Shown here: positions 11,890 through 21,294 of the stretch, piece by piece
Position numbering within the stretch: position 1 is the stretch's first letter
Layout of the letters: every line of letters starts with the position of its first letter
Assembly: GCF_000195955.2 (NCBI RefSeq)
Contig: NC_000962.3
Location: 1,680,001 to 1,712,000 of the forward strand
Length of the DNA stretch: 32,000 nucleotides
Source: Mycobacterium tuberculosis H37Rv
GTDB lineage: Bacteria; Actinomycetota; Actinomycetes; Mycobacteriales; Mycobacteriaceae
Direction of reading: 5' to 3'
Program-made: the position numbers and the translations under genes
Notes under the pieces: model-generated
The model's input: only the letters and a program-made list of their open reading frames with translations
Database searches by the model: none
Told to the model about the DNA's origin: nothing

Positions 11890-12711
11890 ATGATTCCTGT
11901 AAAGGTTGAAAACAATACTTCGCTCGATCAGGTGCAAGACGCTCTTAATTGCGTCGGGTACGCGGTTGTAGAAGATGTGCTTGATGAGGCGTCACTGGCA
12001 GCGACCCGTGATCGCATGTATCGTGTACAGGAGCGGATTCTTACCGAGATTGGCAAAGAGCGGCTGGCAAGGGCCGGTGAGCTCGGTGTTCTTCGACTCA
12101 TGATGAAGTATGACCCTCATTTCTTTACCTTTCTTGAAATACCCGAAGTCCTAAGCATCGTTGATCGTGTGCTATCTGAAACGGCCATCTTACATCTGCA
12201 GAATGGCTTTATCCTTCCGTCCTTCCCGCCCTTCTCCACGCCGGACGTTTTTCAGAATGCGTTCCACCAAGACTTTCCCAGGGTTCTGTCCGGTTACATT
12301 GCCTCCGTCAATATTATGTTCGCCATCGATCCCTTTACACGAGACACCGGCGCAACGCTCGTAGTGCCGGGGAGCCACCAGCGCATAGAGAAACCGGACC
12401 ATACCTACCTCGCGCGCAATGCCGTTCCCGTTCAATGCGCGGCGGGCTCGTTGTTCGTTTTTGACTCTACGCTTTGGCATGCGGCTGGCCGAAACACCTC
12501 CGGCAAAGACCGCTTGGCCATAAATCATCAGTTTACGCGCTCGTTTTTCAAGCAGCAGATCGACTACGTCCGCGCGCTGGGCGACGCCGTGGTTCTGGAG
12601 CAGCCTGCGCGTACTCAGCAACTGCTCGGATGGTACAGTCGAGTGGTTACCAATCTGGACGAGTATTACCAGCCGCCGGACAAGCGATTGTATCGGAAGG
12701 GGCAAGGCTAG
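11890..12711 (+). CDS. Phytanoyl-CoA dioxygenase (PhyH)-family Fe(II)/2OG oxygenase
   Basis: 273 aa; [48 protein letters not shown]...[36 protein letters not shown], with the HxD...H motif. Confidence 0.85.
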
Positions 12712-12923
12712 TTTTGCGAGAATTCCGTTGCGCCTATTTGAAAGCCCGACATGAAACGATCGCTTTTAAGCGCATATGTCTGTTCTGCAAAAATGTCTAA
12801 TTTTTCCGATAAAGGTTGGTGGGAAAGCTCGATGCGTGCCGTGTTTTGTAGGTGGCCGGATGATCCACTTAGACAGGCCGTGGAAGCAGAATTTGCGCGT
12901 CCCGATGGCGTTGCGGTGGCGTA

Positions 12924-13823
12924 ATGGCCTGGCGAAAGCTCGGGAGAATTTTTGCTCCGTCGGGCGAACTCGACTGGTCGCGAAGTCATGCTGCGCTACC
13001 GGTTCCTGAATGGATCGAGGGTGATATTTTCCGCATCTATTTCAGCGGCCGCGATGGTCAGAATCGTTCCAGTATCGGTAGCGTGATCGTCGATCTCGCC
13101 GTGGGCGGCAAGATTCTGGACATTCCGGCGGAGCCGATTTTGCGCCCCGGCGCTCGAGGAATGTTTGACGACTGTGGGGTGTCAATCGGATCGATTGTGC
13201 GTGCCGGCGATACGCGACTTTTGTACTACACGGGCTGGAATCTCGCTGTCACCGTGCCCTGGAAAAACACCATAGGCGTGGCGATTAGCGAAGCAGGTGC
13301 ACCATTCGAGCGATGGTCTACTTTTCCCGTCGTTGCGCTGGACGAGCGTGATCCATTCTCGCTTTCTTATCCCTGGGTCATCCAAGATGGAGGGACATAC
13401 CGTATGTGGTATGGCTCAAATCTAGGCTGGGGAGAGGGCACCGACGAGATACCTCACGTGATCAGGTATGCGCAATCAAGGGACGGTGTCCACTGGGAAA
13501 AGCAGGATCGCGTGCATATCGACACAAGCGGATCCGACAATAGCGCGGCCTGTAGGCCGTACGTCGTCCGCGATGCGGGAGTATACAGAATGTGGTTTTG
13601 CGCTCGCGGTGCGAAATATCGGATTTACTGCGCTACATCGGAGGATGGTTTGACTTGGCGGCAACTCGGCAAAGATGAGGGCATCGACGTTTCGCCAGAT
13701 AGCTGGGACTCGGATATGATCGAGTATCCTTGCGTGTTCGATCACAGGGGACAGCGCTTTATGCTTTATTCGGGCGATGGCTACGGTCGCACCGGGTTCG
13801 GTTTGGCGGTGCTGGAGAACTGA
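12924..13823 (+). CDS. Five-bladed beta-propeller glycosidase-like protein
   Basis: 299 aa; IYFSGRDGQNRSSIGSVIVDL; DDCGVSIGSIVRAGDTRLLYYTGWNL; GTYRMWYGSNLGW; YAQSRDGVHWEKQ; repeating blade motifs. Confidence 0.75.
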   Translation: MAWRKLGRIFAPSGELDWSRSHAALPVPEWIEGDIFRIYFSGRDGQNRSSIGSVIVDLAVGGKILDIPAEPILRPGARGMFDDCGVSIGSIVRAGDTRLLYYTGWNLAVTVPWKNTIGVAISEAGAPFERWSTFPVVALDERDPFSLSYPWVIQDGGTYRMWYGSNLGWGEGTDEIPHVIRYAQSRDGVHWEKQDRVHIDTSGSDNSAACRPYVVRDAGVYRMWFCARGAKYRIYCATSEDGLTWRQLGKDEGIDVSPDSWDSDMIEYPCVFDHRGQRFMLYSGDGYGRTGFGLAVLEN

Positions 13824-13995
13824 TCAGGGCTGACAATAGATGTTTAGCGGCTGATGATGCGCTTCCCGCTCGAATAGGCTGAGACCATTATTGCCGCGGT
13901 AGCGATGATTTCCCGGATTATCGTCGTCGCCGCGATCACTCACTGCTCGTCGAGGCCCTTTAAGGGCTTCATTGTATCCTTCGCACTGCTTATCT

Positions 13996-15144
13996 TCATG
14001 CGCGCAACGTCAGGATGCGCGTGAGCGCCTCGACAACGCGGCTCTGATCTACCTCCTGAAGTCCAACCCACATCGGCAGACGGATTAGGCGGGAAGCCAC
14101 GTCGTTGGTGACGGTCAGGTTGCCATTGGTGCGGCCGTAGCGACGCCCGGCCGGCGAATCGTGAAGCGGCACGTAATGAAAGACCGCGCCTATACCTTCG
14201 CTCGTCAGACGCGCCAGCACCTCCTCCCGATCGGCGCTGGGCGCTAGTAACACGTAGTACATGTGGGCGTTGTGAGAGCAGCCCTGTGGGATGATCGGAC
14301 GGCGCAGGAGCCCCCGCTGTTCCAATGATTCGAAGCTTTCATGATACCGGTTCCATAGGTCCAATCGGATACGCGTGATCCGCTCGGCTTCCTCGAACTG
14401 AGCCCATAGAAAGGCAGCGACTAATTCGCTGGGCAAATAGGAAGACCCTTTGTCCTGCCACGTATATTTGTCGACCTCGTTGCGAAGGAAGCGGCTGCGA
14501 TTGGTGCCCTTTTCCCTGAGAATCTCTGCCCGGAGCAGGAAGTCTTATGAGTTGACAAGCAGGGCGCCGCCTTCGCCGGAAATCACATTCTTGGTCTCGT
14601 GAAATGAGAGCGCTCCCAGGTCGCCGATGCTGCCGAGCGCCCGCCCACGATACGACGCCATCGCGCCTTGGGCCGCGTCTTCGACCACCGCCAGGTTGTG
14701 GTGCGTGGCGATCTTCATGATCGCGTCCATCTCGCAGGCCACGCCGGCATAGTGAACGGGGACGATGGCCTTGGTTCGCGGGGTGATGGCGTCTACGATG
14801 CGAGTTTCATCAATGTTGAGCGTGTCGGGCCGAATATCGACAAAGACTGGCACACCACCGCGCAACACGAAGGCGTTGGCGGTAGAGACAAAGGTGTATG
14901 ACGGCAGTATGACTTCGTCCCCCTCCTCTATGTCCAGAAGCAGCGCCATCATTTCCAGCGCGGCGGTGCATGAGGGGGTGAGTAGTGCCTTGCGACAACC
15001 GGTCTGCTGTTCGAGCCATGCATGGCTACGCCGGGTGAAGGGACCATCGCCGGCCAGGTGGCCGCAAGAATGCGCTTCGGCGATGTACGCGAGCTCCCGG
15101 CCGGTCATGTACGGCCGATTGAATGGAACTTTGTGATCTGACAC
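13996..15144 (-). pseudogene. WecE-type dTDP-4-amino-4,6-dideoxygalactose transaminase split by one in-frame TAA (Rv1504c plus Rv1503c-like halves)
   Basis: From GTG 15144: VSDHKVPFNRPYMTGRELAYIAEAH...FVSTANAFVLRGGVPVFVDIRPDTLNIDE...VEDAAQGAMASYRGRALGS...SFHETKNVISGEGGALLVNS* then, in the same frame, DFLLRAEILREKGTNRSRFLRNEVDKYTWQDKGSSYLPSELVAAFLWAQFEEAERI. The stop is at 14545-14547. Confidence 0.93.
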
Positions 15145-15280
15145 TCGACGCCAACTTCTCAAATCATCGAACAGGGCGCTGAAGTGTTCGGTGATCGGGG
15201 TCGAACATCCACCAGAATTCTCCTTGTGGCCGGCGGATCCCTAGCCTTTTCAGGTATCCCAACATGCCTTCACTATTTCT

Positions 15281-15946
15281 TCATATCTTCCGCAACTCCG
15301 TGCTGGGCACCGGACGGCGCTCCGTCTTGGTTCCTATATAGACACCATCCGCGTCAGCGTCGCCAAGGAGTAGGGCGCCCGCTCCGACCACACACCGTGA
15401 ACCGATGGTGATATGGTCGCGTAGCGTTGCATTGACGCCAATGAAAGATTGCTCCTCTATTACCACGCCACCGGATACGACGATATGAGACGCTAGAAAA
15501 CAGTGATCGTGAATCGTCGAGTGATGGCCGATATGATTGCCGCTCCACAATGTGACGTTGTTGCCAATCGATACGAATGGCTGGATAGTGTTGTCTTCAA
15601 GCAGGAAGACATTTTCACCGATCCGCCCATCGTTCAAGACGGTAGCGTGGGAGCTCACATAGCTGGCGAGTTCGTAGCCGAGAGCCTTAGCGGCAAGATA
15701 TTTTTCCTTCCGCACACCGTTCAGTTTGGCGTAGGCCAGCGCCACGAACATCGCGTGGGACTCCGGCGGAAAGCGTTGTGCGACCTCGTCGAAGGCCACT
15801 AAAGGCAGGCCGCAAAACTCGGACACGCTTGCATAGTCTCGGTCGACTGTGAACGCGACGACCTCATATTCCGAATCCCTTGTGAAGTAGTAATGTGCGA
15901 GCTGAGCGATGTCGCCGCTCCCAAAAATTACCAATGGTTTGGTCAT
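15281..15946 (-). CDS. NeuD/PglD-family sugar O/N-acyltransferase (left-handed beta-helix)
   Basis: 221 aa MTKPLVIFGSGDIAQLAHYYFTRDSEYEVVAFTVDRDY...; hexapeptide repeats IGNNVTLWSGNHIGHHSTIHDHCFLASHIVVSGGVVIEEQSFIGVNATLRDHITIGSRCVVGAGALLLGDA. Confidence 0.92.
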   Translation of the reverse strand: MTKPLVIFGSGDIAQLAHYYFTRDSEYEVVAFTVDRDYASVSEFCGLPLVAFDEVAQRFPPESHAMFVALAYAKLNGVRKEKYLAAKALGYELASYVSSHATVLNDGRIGENVFLLEDNTIQPFVSIGNNVTLWSGNHIGHHSTIHDHCFLASHIVVSGGVVIEEQSFIGVNATLRDHITIGSRCVVGAGALLLGDADADGVYIGTKTERRPVPSTELRKI

Positions 15947-16574
15947 GACGCCTTCCTAACCAGAATTGTGAATTCATACAAGCCGTAGTCGTGCAGAAGC
16001 GCAACACTCTTGGAGTACCTGCGCTTGCAGAGATCAAATAGGGCGCATGGGTCAGCATAGTACAGGTCGTCGCGCATCTTTGATGCATCGGAATAAGATG
16101 TCAGGCAATTAAAAGAGAAGCCACGGCGACTCGCGGCATTCAGCATGTCGAGCGTCGCTTCGATGTGAGCGCACCATTCCGTGTCCAACGATTTCAGACG
16201 AACATTGAATATTCCACTCGCGACGCTATAGTCCGCCTCCCGATCTATGCGCGCCGCGCAGATGAAGTCTGCGTTCGCCCGACCTTCGAAACGTAGTGCG
16301 GCCGCGCGCACCATTTCGGGGGAGACGTCGATGCCGGTGTAATCAGTTTTGAAGCCACGCGCATCTAGGTAGTCCAGTAGAGCCCCATAGCCACAGCCTA
16401 GATCGTTGATCGAAAATGGGTCCGCCGCATTGACAATGCGCACCAGCTGGTCAAAGCGCAACGCCTGCCCGGCTTCGCCGTTCCAATCGACGCCGCGCGG
16501 GTGCCGTGTGCTTCGAGTTTCGATGCGTAGTAACGGGCCACGTCAGCGAGCATGGTCGTTGCGTCTTCCGCCAT
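15943..16574 (-). pseudogene. SAM-dependent methyltransferase with a frameshifted N-terminus (Rv1506c-like ORF is the 3' portion)
   Basis: Main frame GVDWNGEAGQALRFDQLVRIVNAADPFSINDLGCGYGALLDYLDARGFKTDYTGIDVSPEMVRAA. The upstream start is in another frame: MAEDATTMLADVARYYASKLEAHGT (ATG 16574). Confidence 0.75.
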
Positions 16575-16726
16575 GAAGCTGCCTCACGATTTGTGTGTGT
16601 GGGCGTCGGTGCGTGGGTCCGAGACTATACCTTCAACAGTTGCATGCCGAGGCTGCGGCGGGCAATGACCCAAAAACCCGCCGGCACGGTTCGCCGAGCA
16701 AGGAAGCGTGGAGACGATAGATAATT

Positions 16727-17422
16727 TCACTGGCGACAGTACCTCAAATAGTCCGGAGCCTCGGCTCCGACGTTAAAGAGCAGATCCAGAATCGACACGG
16801 CGGGCTCGAACCCTCCCCACAATTGCTTATAATCGCGGTAGCCGTCATAATCGAACCAAGTTACCCGGATGCTAAGTTCGTCGAACACGCGCTCATCGAC
16901 ATACGAACGGGCTGAGGGGCCAGAGACATATTCGGTCGCTGCGGCCTGTTGGCAGAGGTTGGCCAGTCTCTCGGTCTTGCCGTCGGCTAATTCGTAGTCC
17001 CACGAATTTGCCAGTCGCGTGCTGATACCGAGATAACTGCAAATCGCATTCAATAGACGCCTGTTGAGTAAGGAAAGATTCGTGTGCTGTTCTTCGAGGT
17101 AAATCGGCGCGAGCCAGTCAGCGATCTCCGCAAAATGAGCGGCCGCGCTGTAGTTGAATTCTAGTGCCCGCCAGTGCGCTTTCGCCCAATCGGTGCCGTC
17201 GATCAGCGTCTCACGTATCTTTTGATGGAAACGTCCCTTCACCTGGACGGGAACAGTTATCCACTGTAACCCCTGGCTCGTTTTGATCCGATTTCTGTTT
17301 CGCCAATCACGCTTGGTATATTGCATGTCATCATAGATGATGAATTCATCGACGAATGCAATCAGGTCAAAATATCCTCGCCAAGGTATGTAATTTGATT
17401 GAACAATCGCGACTTTCTTCAA
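16727..17422 (-). CDS. WbqC-like family protein
   Basis: 231 aa [59 protein letters not shown]..., classic WbqC start. Confidence 0.92.
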
Positions 17423-17859
17423 CGCGGTGTCTCCAATTTAGAATAACAAATACGTCGCGCCCGCGACAGCTCCGCTGGAGCGAGTTCAAGCGATTCTGCG
17501 ACATATTCAATATGGTGCTCGGGAAGGCCAGGATGGGCCGCGACCCGGGGCGTCCGGTGCGCGATGAACGTCGCATCGTCTCCTGTGAGATAATTGCATC
17601 CGATCATATAGGGCTGGCTGCGGCTAGGTTGCTGGCAAAAAGATATCGCGGCCGATCCGTTTCTGGTTTTGTCTTGATGATCAAATCCGCTTCCGTTCAC
17701 GAGATCGATTCCTGGTCTTCCCCCAGCGTCGCGATGTCGATAGGTGTCGCGCTTTGTTCGTACCCGCACTACGCGGCGGCGAGAACCTCGCCACCGAATC
17801 GGGATTGGGGGGAGGATACCACTCGGTCGAGGCCCGTCACCGGCCTTCTAGCGGGTTGA
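17356..17859 (+). CDS. Hypothetical ORF (Rv1507A-like, 167 aa), overlapping the 5' end of the WbqC-like gene
   Basis: Open frame only; no recognisable domain. Confidence 0.3.
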
Positions 17860-18094
17860 CCATCAGTGTTTGCAGGGCCCTATCCCGGTATGGCGCACCA
17901 CGGGATCGGCAGCGTTCCGGTTGCTGGCGTGGTACCTCGTTGTGGCGCCGTGGTCCATGTCGATTGAGTGCGTGGATCAGTGTAAACCGTTGCGCGCCAT
18001 GTTCTGTAGGCACTGGTTCGGGTTGTGGTTAGGCTGCACGGTTGGCAGGTTACCAACCACTGAGCCCCTGGGCGGATGTGAGCTCGGACTCCGC

Positions 18095-19654
18095 CTATGG
18101 GGTGTAATTTTGGCAGATTGGGCCGGGTCCCCGTGGTGAGGACTCCTCAACCGGATTGGGTAAGCATGAGGTGGTGCTGGCAGCGGTGTCCTGGTCGCTC
18201 TCCCGAGTAGGCCCGTTGTGACTGTCATGTGGGCGAGCGGGTTTGCGCGCGTAGGAGACGATGATTACTACGCACGTGACCAACCACAAGAACGGTGCCC
18301 ATGTCACCGTGGTGAAAACGAGTGGCGTGGTACCGACTACCCCTTTGGCTCCCAGCTGTCCATAGAGCGGCACGTAGAACGGCTGGCCCGGGACCGCGAC
18401 GTTGACGATGCTCAGCGCCACGGCCAAACTCACGCAGACGCCGACCGCGCGGCGGCGGTCTCCATGGGCTGCGAGTTGGTCGAATATCCCAGCACCAGGA
18501 GGCCCGTTGGGGTCTCGGGCTACCAGTGCAGCGATTGGCAAGACGAAAACGAGATAGTAGAAGGCGACGTCCGCGGGGGAGAAGGTGGCGGTGGCGAGCA
18601 ACACAATCCCCACCATGACAGGCGGGATACGGCGTCCGAGCGCCAGCACGGCGACCACGACTATGACTAGGACAGCAAACCCGATCTGCGTTCGCGGACC
18701 AGTGAGGAAACCCTCTGGGATCTTGCCCGATTGATAGTTCTTGATGCTATCGGGGATCAGCAGGAGTGCCTTGCCAAAGGACACGTTCCGCGGGTCTCGA
18801 AGCCCTCCGAACGAACTATTGAACTTGATGATGCCGTGGATCGACTGTGCGATCGTCCCCGGGAAGCCTCGTGGCCACAACAGAAAGGCTGCGATATTGG
18901 ACACCACCACGCCGGTGATCCCGATACCAGCCCACCGCCATTGTCGAGCCGCCAACAACACCACGCCGAGAACGACGAACTGCGGCTTTACCAGGACGGC
19001 CAAGATCACCGTGATGGTGGCGAGGCCCCACCGCTGTCGGGACAACGCCACGAAGTAAGCCAGCGCGATCGGTACCACGAACCCTGTCGAGTTGCCTCGA
19101 TCGATGACCCCCCACGCCGGGATGGCCGCGGCGCCCAGTGTCACGAAGATGACCACTCGCTCCAGACCACGTGCCCCCCGGGCCGCCCAGATGGCGGGAG
19201 ATATGACCGCCATCGTTAGGGCGACCAGGTAACAGATCAGCCCCAAGCGCGGCGCACCCAGCCAATGGCTGGGTAGTCCGAAAATCGCATACGGTATGCG
19301 GGCGGGGGCCCATGCAGCAACCGCGGTCGGCTGGTAATCGGCGGGTAGCGAGATCAGGTAGTCCGCGGGATTGGGTTGAATCCCGGCGGCGGCGACCATG
19401 GCGTAGTCGCTGAAGCAGTGCCGACCGATATTCATGCCCCAATCAAGCCAACAGTCCCCAGGGACTACCAAAAGAGTGGAAAAGACGTCGACCGCGTACC
19501 ACTGACTGAGGGCGTACGCCGTCGCCGCCGAAATCACCGACGCCAGCAGGATGGTGCCGAGCATGAGGGTGCGCTCGGATTGGGAGCCGATCGCCCAGAG
19601 CCGCTCCCGGCTCGCGGTCACGGCACCGCGCAACACCTCCGGGGGTCGCTTCAT
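18095..19654 (-). CDS. Multi-pass integral membrane protein, probable GT-C-type polyprenyl-P-sugar glycosyltransferase (Rv1508c-like)
   Basis: From the [11 protein letters not shown] start (ATG 19654): many TM helices, [30 protein letters not shown] (GT87-like KPQ segment) and an early lumenal acidic region. Longer in-frame starts upstream are possible (ORF extends to 19894). Confidence 0.75.
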   Translation of the reverse strand: MKRPPEVLRGAVTASRERLWAIGSQSERTLMLGTILLASVISAATAYALSQWYAVDVFSTLLVVPGDCWLDWGMNIGRHCFSDYAMVAAAGIQPNPADYLISLPADYQPTAVAAWAPARIPYAIFGLPSHWLGAPRLGLICYLVALTMAVISPAIWAARGARGLERVVIFVTLGAAAIPAWGVIDRGNSTGFVVPIALAYFVALSRQRWGLATITVILAVLVKPQFVVLGVVLLAARQWRWAGIGITGVVVSNIAAFLLWPRGFPGTIAQSIHGIIKFNSSFGGLRDPRNVSFGKALLLIPDSIKNYQSGKIPEGFLTGPRTQIGFAVLVIVVVAVLALGRRIPPVMVGIVLLATATFSPADVAFYYLVFVLPIAALVARDPNGPPGAGIFDQLAAHGDRRRAVGVCVSLAVALSIVNVAVPGQPFYVPLYGQLGAKGVVGTTPLVFTTVTWAPFLWLVTCVVIIVSYARKPARPHDSHNGPTRESDQDTAASTTSCLPNPVEESSPRGPGPICQNYTP

Positions 19655-19900
19655 CTGGATTCTCCTCGGTTCTGCGCGAAACGGTAGCAGAGCGCCATGG
19701 TTGCCAACGCGGTCGCCGGGCAGTCTAGACCGGATCTTCCTCGTGGCAACCGACAACAGGACGTCGTTGCCGAAAGGGCGCTGGGCACCGACATCTAGGA
19801 TGAACCCACAGCCACGCCCCGACGTTATGCCATGGCGAAGAGCGACCGGCAGGAGCGGGAACCCAGTGAAGCGAGCGCTCATCACCGGAATCACAGGACC
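19655..19900 (+). repeat. Copy A of the duplicated leader plus 5' gmd segment, between the Rv1508c-like gene and the gmd remnant
   Basis: Collinear with 22865-23110, including a shared run GTGAAGCGAGCGCTCATCACCGGAATCAC at 19866 and 23074. Confidence 0.75.
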
Positions 19901-20228
19901 GGACGGCTCGTATCTCGCTAAGCTCCCGCTGAAGGGATATGTGGCCGCTGGTAGCCCGGCCGAGGTCTATTTCTGCTGGGCGACACGGAATTATCGCGAA
20001 TTGTATGGGTTGCTCGCGGTCAACAGCATCTGGTTCAATCACGAATCACCGCGTCACGGCGAGACATTCATGACTCGTAATCCTGCACCATATCGCGGTC
20101 GGCAACGAGGCGCTGATCGATGCGCAGACGCTGATGCGCCGGCCCACCCGGATAGGTATCAGTATTGGGGCGTTCCGGCCAGCGTACGAGGCGTGATCGA
20201 CCGCGCAATGGGTGTTTGCGTTGAGTAA
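19866..20228 (+). pseudogene. Internally deleted GDP-mannose 4,6-dehydratase remnant
   Basis: [73 protein letters not shown] matches the gmdA N-terminus joined directly to its residue ~155-190 segment ([41 protein letters not shown]), then degenerates. Confidence 0.92.
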
Positions 20229-21093
20229 TAATCTGAACCGTGTGAACGCATGCATGGATGGATTCCTTGCCCGTATCCGCTCACATGTTGATGCGCACGC
20301 GCCAGAATTGCGTTCACTGTTCGATACGATGGCGGCCGAGGCCCGATTTGCACGCGACTGGCTGTCCGAGGACCTCGCGCGGTTGCCTGTCGGTGCAGCA
20401 TTGCTGGAAGTGGGCGGGGGGGTACTTCTGCTCAGCTGTCAACTGGCGGCGGAGGGATTTGACATCACCGCCATCGAGCCGACGGGTGAAGGTTTTGGCA
20501 AGTTCAGACAGCTTGGCGACATCGTGCTGGAATTGGCTGCAGCACGACCCACCATCGCGCCATGCAAGGCGGAAGACTTTATTTCCGAGAAGCGGTTCGA
20601 CTTCGCCTTCTCGCTGAATGTGATGGAGCACATCGACCTTCCGGATGAGGCAGTCAGGCGGGTATCGGAAGTGCTGAAACCGGGGGCCAGTTACCACTTC
20701 CTGTGCCCGAATTACGTATTCCCGTACGAACCGCATTTCAATATCCCAACATTCTTCACCAAAGAGCTGACATGCCGGGTGATGCGACATCGCATCGAGG
20801 GCAATACGGGCATGGATGACCCGAAGGGAGTCTGGCGTTCGCTCAACTGGATTACGGTTCCCAAGGTGAAACGCTTTGCGGCGAAGGATGCGACGCTGAC
20901 CTTGCGCTTCCACCGTGCAATGTTGGTATGGATGCTGGAACGCGCGCTGACGGATAAGGAATTCGCTGGTCGCCGGGCACAATGGATGGTCGCTGCTATT
21001 CGCTCGGCGGTGAAATTGCGTGTGCATCATCTGGCAGGCTATGTTCCCGCTACGCTGCAGCCCATCATGGATGTGCGGCTAACGAAGAGGTAA
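20212..21093 (+). CDS. Class I SAM-dependent methyltransferase (Rv1509-like)
   Basis: 293 aa; [34 protein letters not shown]; [40 protein letters not shown]. Confidence 0.85.
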   Translation: MFALSNNLNRVNACMDGFLARIRSHVDAHAPELRSLFDTMAAEARFARDWLSEDLARLPVGAALLEVGGGVLLLSCQLAAEGFDITAIEPTGEGFGKFRQLGDIVLELAAARPTIAPCKAEDFISEKRFDFAFSLNVMEHIDLPDEAVRRVSEVLKPGASYHFLCPNYVFPYEPHFNIPTFFTKELTCRVMRHRIEGNTGMDDPKGVWRSLNWITVPKVKRFAAKDATLTLRFHRAMLVWMLERALTDKEFAGRRAQWMVAAIRSAVKLRVHHLAGYVPATLQPIMDVRLTKR

Positions 21094-21097
21094 TGAC

Positions 21098-21270
21098 ATG
21101 GCGCAAGCGACATCGGGCATTCGCGCGGCACTTTCGCAACCTGCTGTGTATGAGGCGTATCAGCGGATTGCGGGCGCTAAAAGCGGGCTTGCGTGGATCA
21201 CAACCGACCCCATCCAGTCGTTGCCAGGCATGCGTACTCTCGACCTCGGTTGCTGGCCAGCGGTGATACA
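21098..21270 (+). pseudogene. N-terminal stub of a second SAM-dependent methyltransferase
   Basis: MAQATSGIRAALSQPAVYEAYQRIAGAKSGLAWITTDPIQSLPGMRTLDLGCWPAVIHSS ends in a mutated motif I (LDLGCGPA-like) and stops aligning immediately after. Confidence 0.7.
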
Positions 21271-21294
21271 CAGCTCCCCGCCAGTGGACGTGAC

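Noticed and set aside
12712-12923. Short frame MRAVFCRWPDDPLRQAVEAEFARPDGVAVA before the propeller gene as a remnant domain
   Set aside because: About 30 codons with no recognisable homology; cannot be distinguished from chance.
13950-13970. GCCCTTTAAGGGC palindrome between convergent genes as an intrinsic terminator
   Set aside because: Stem too short and no T-run; not supportable as a terminator.
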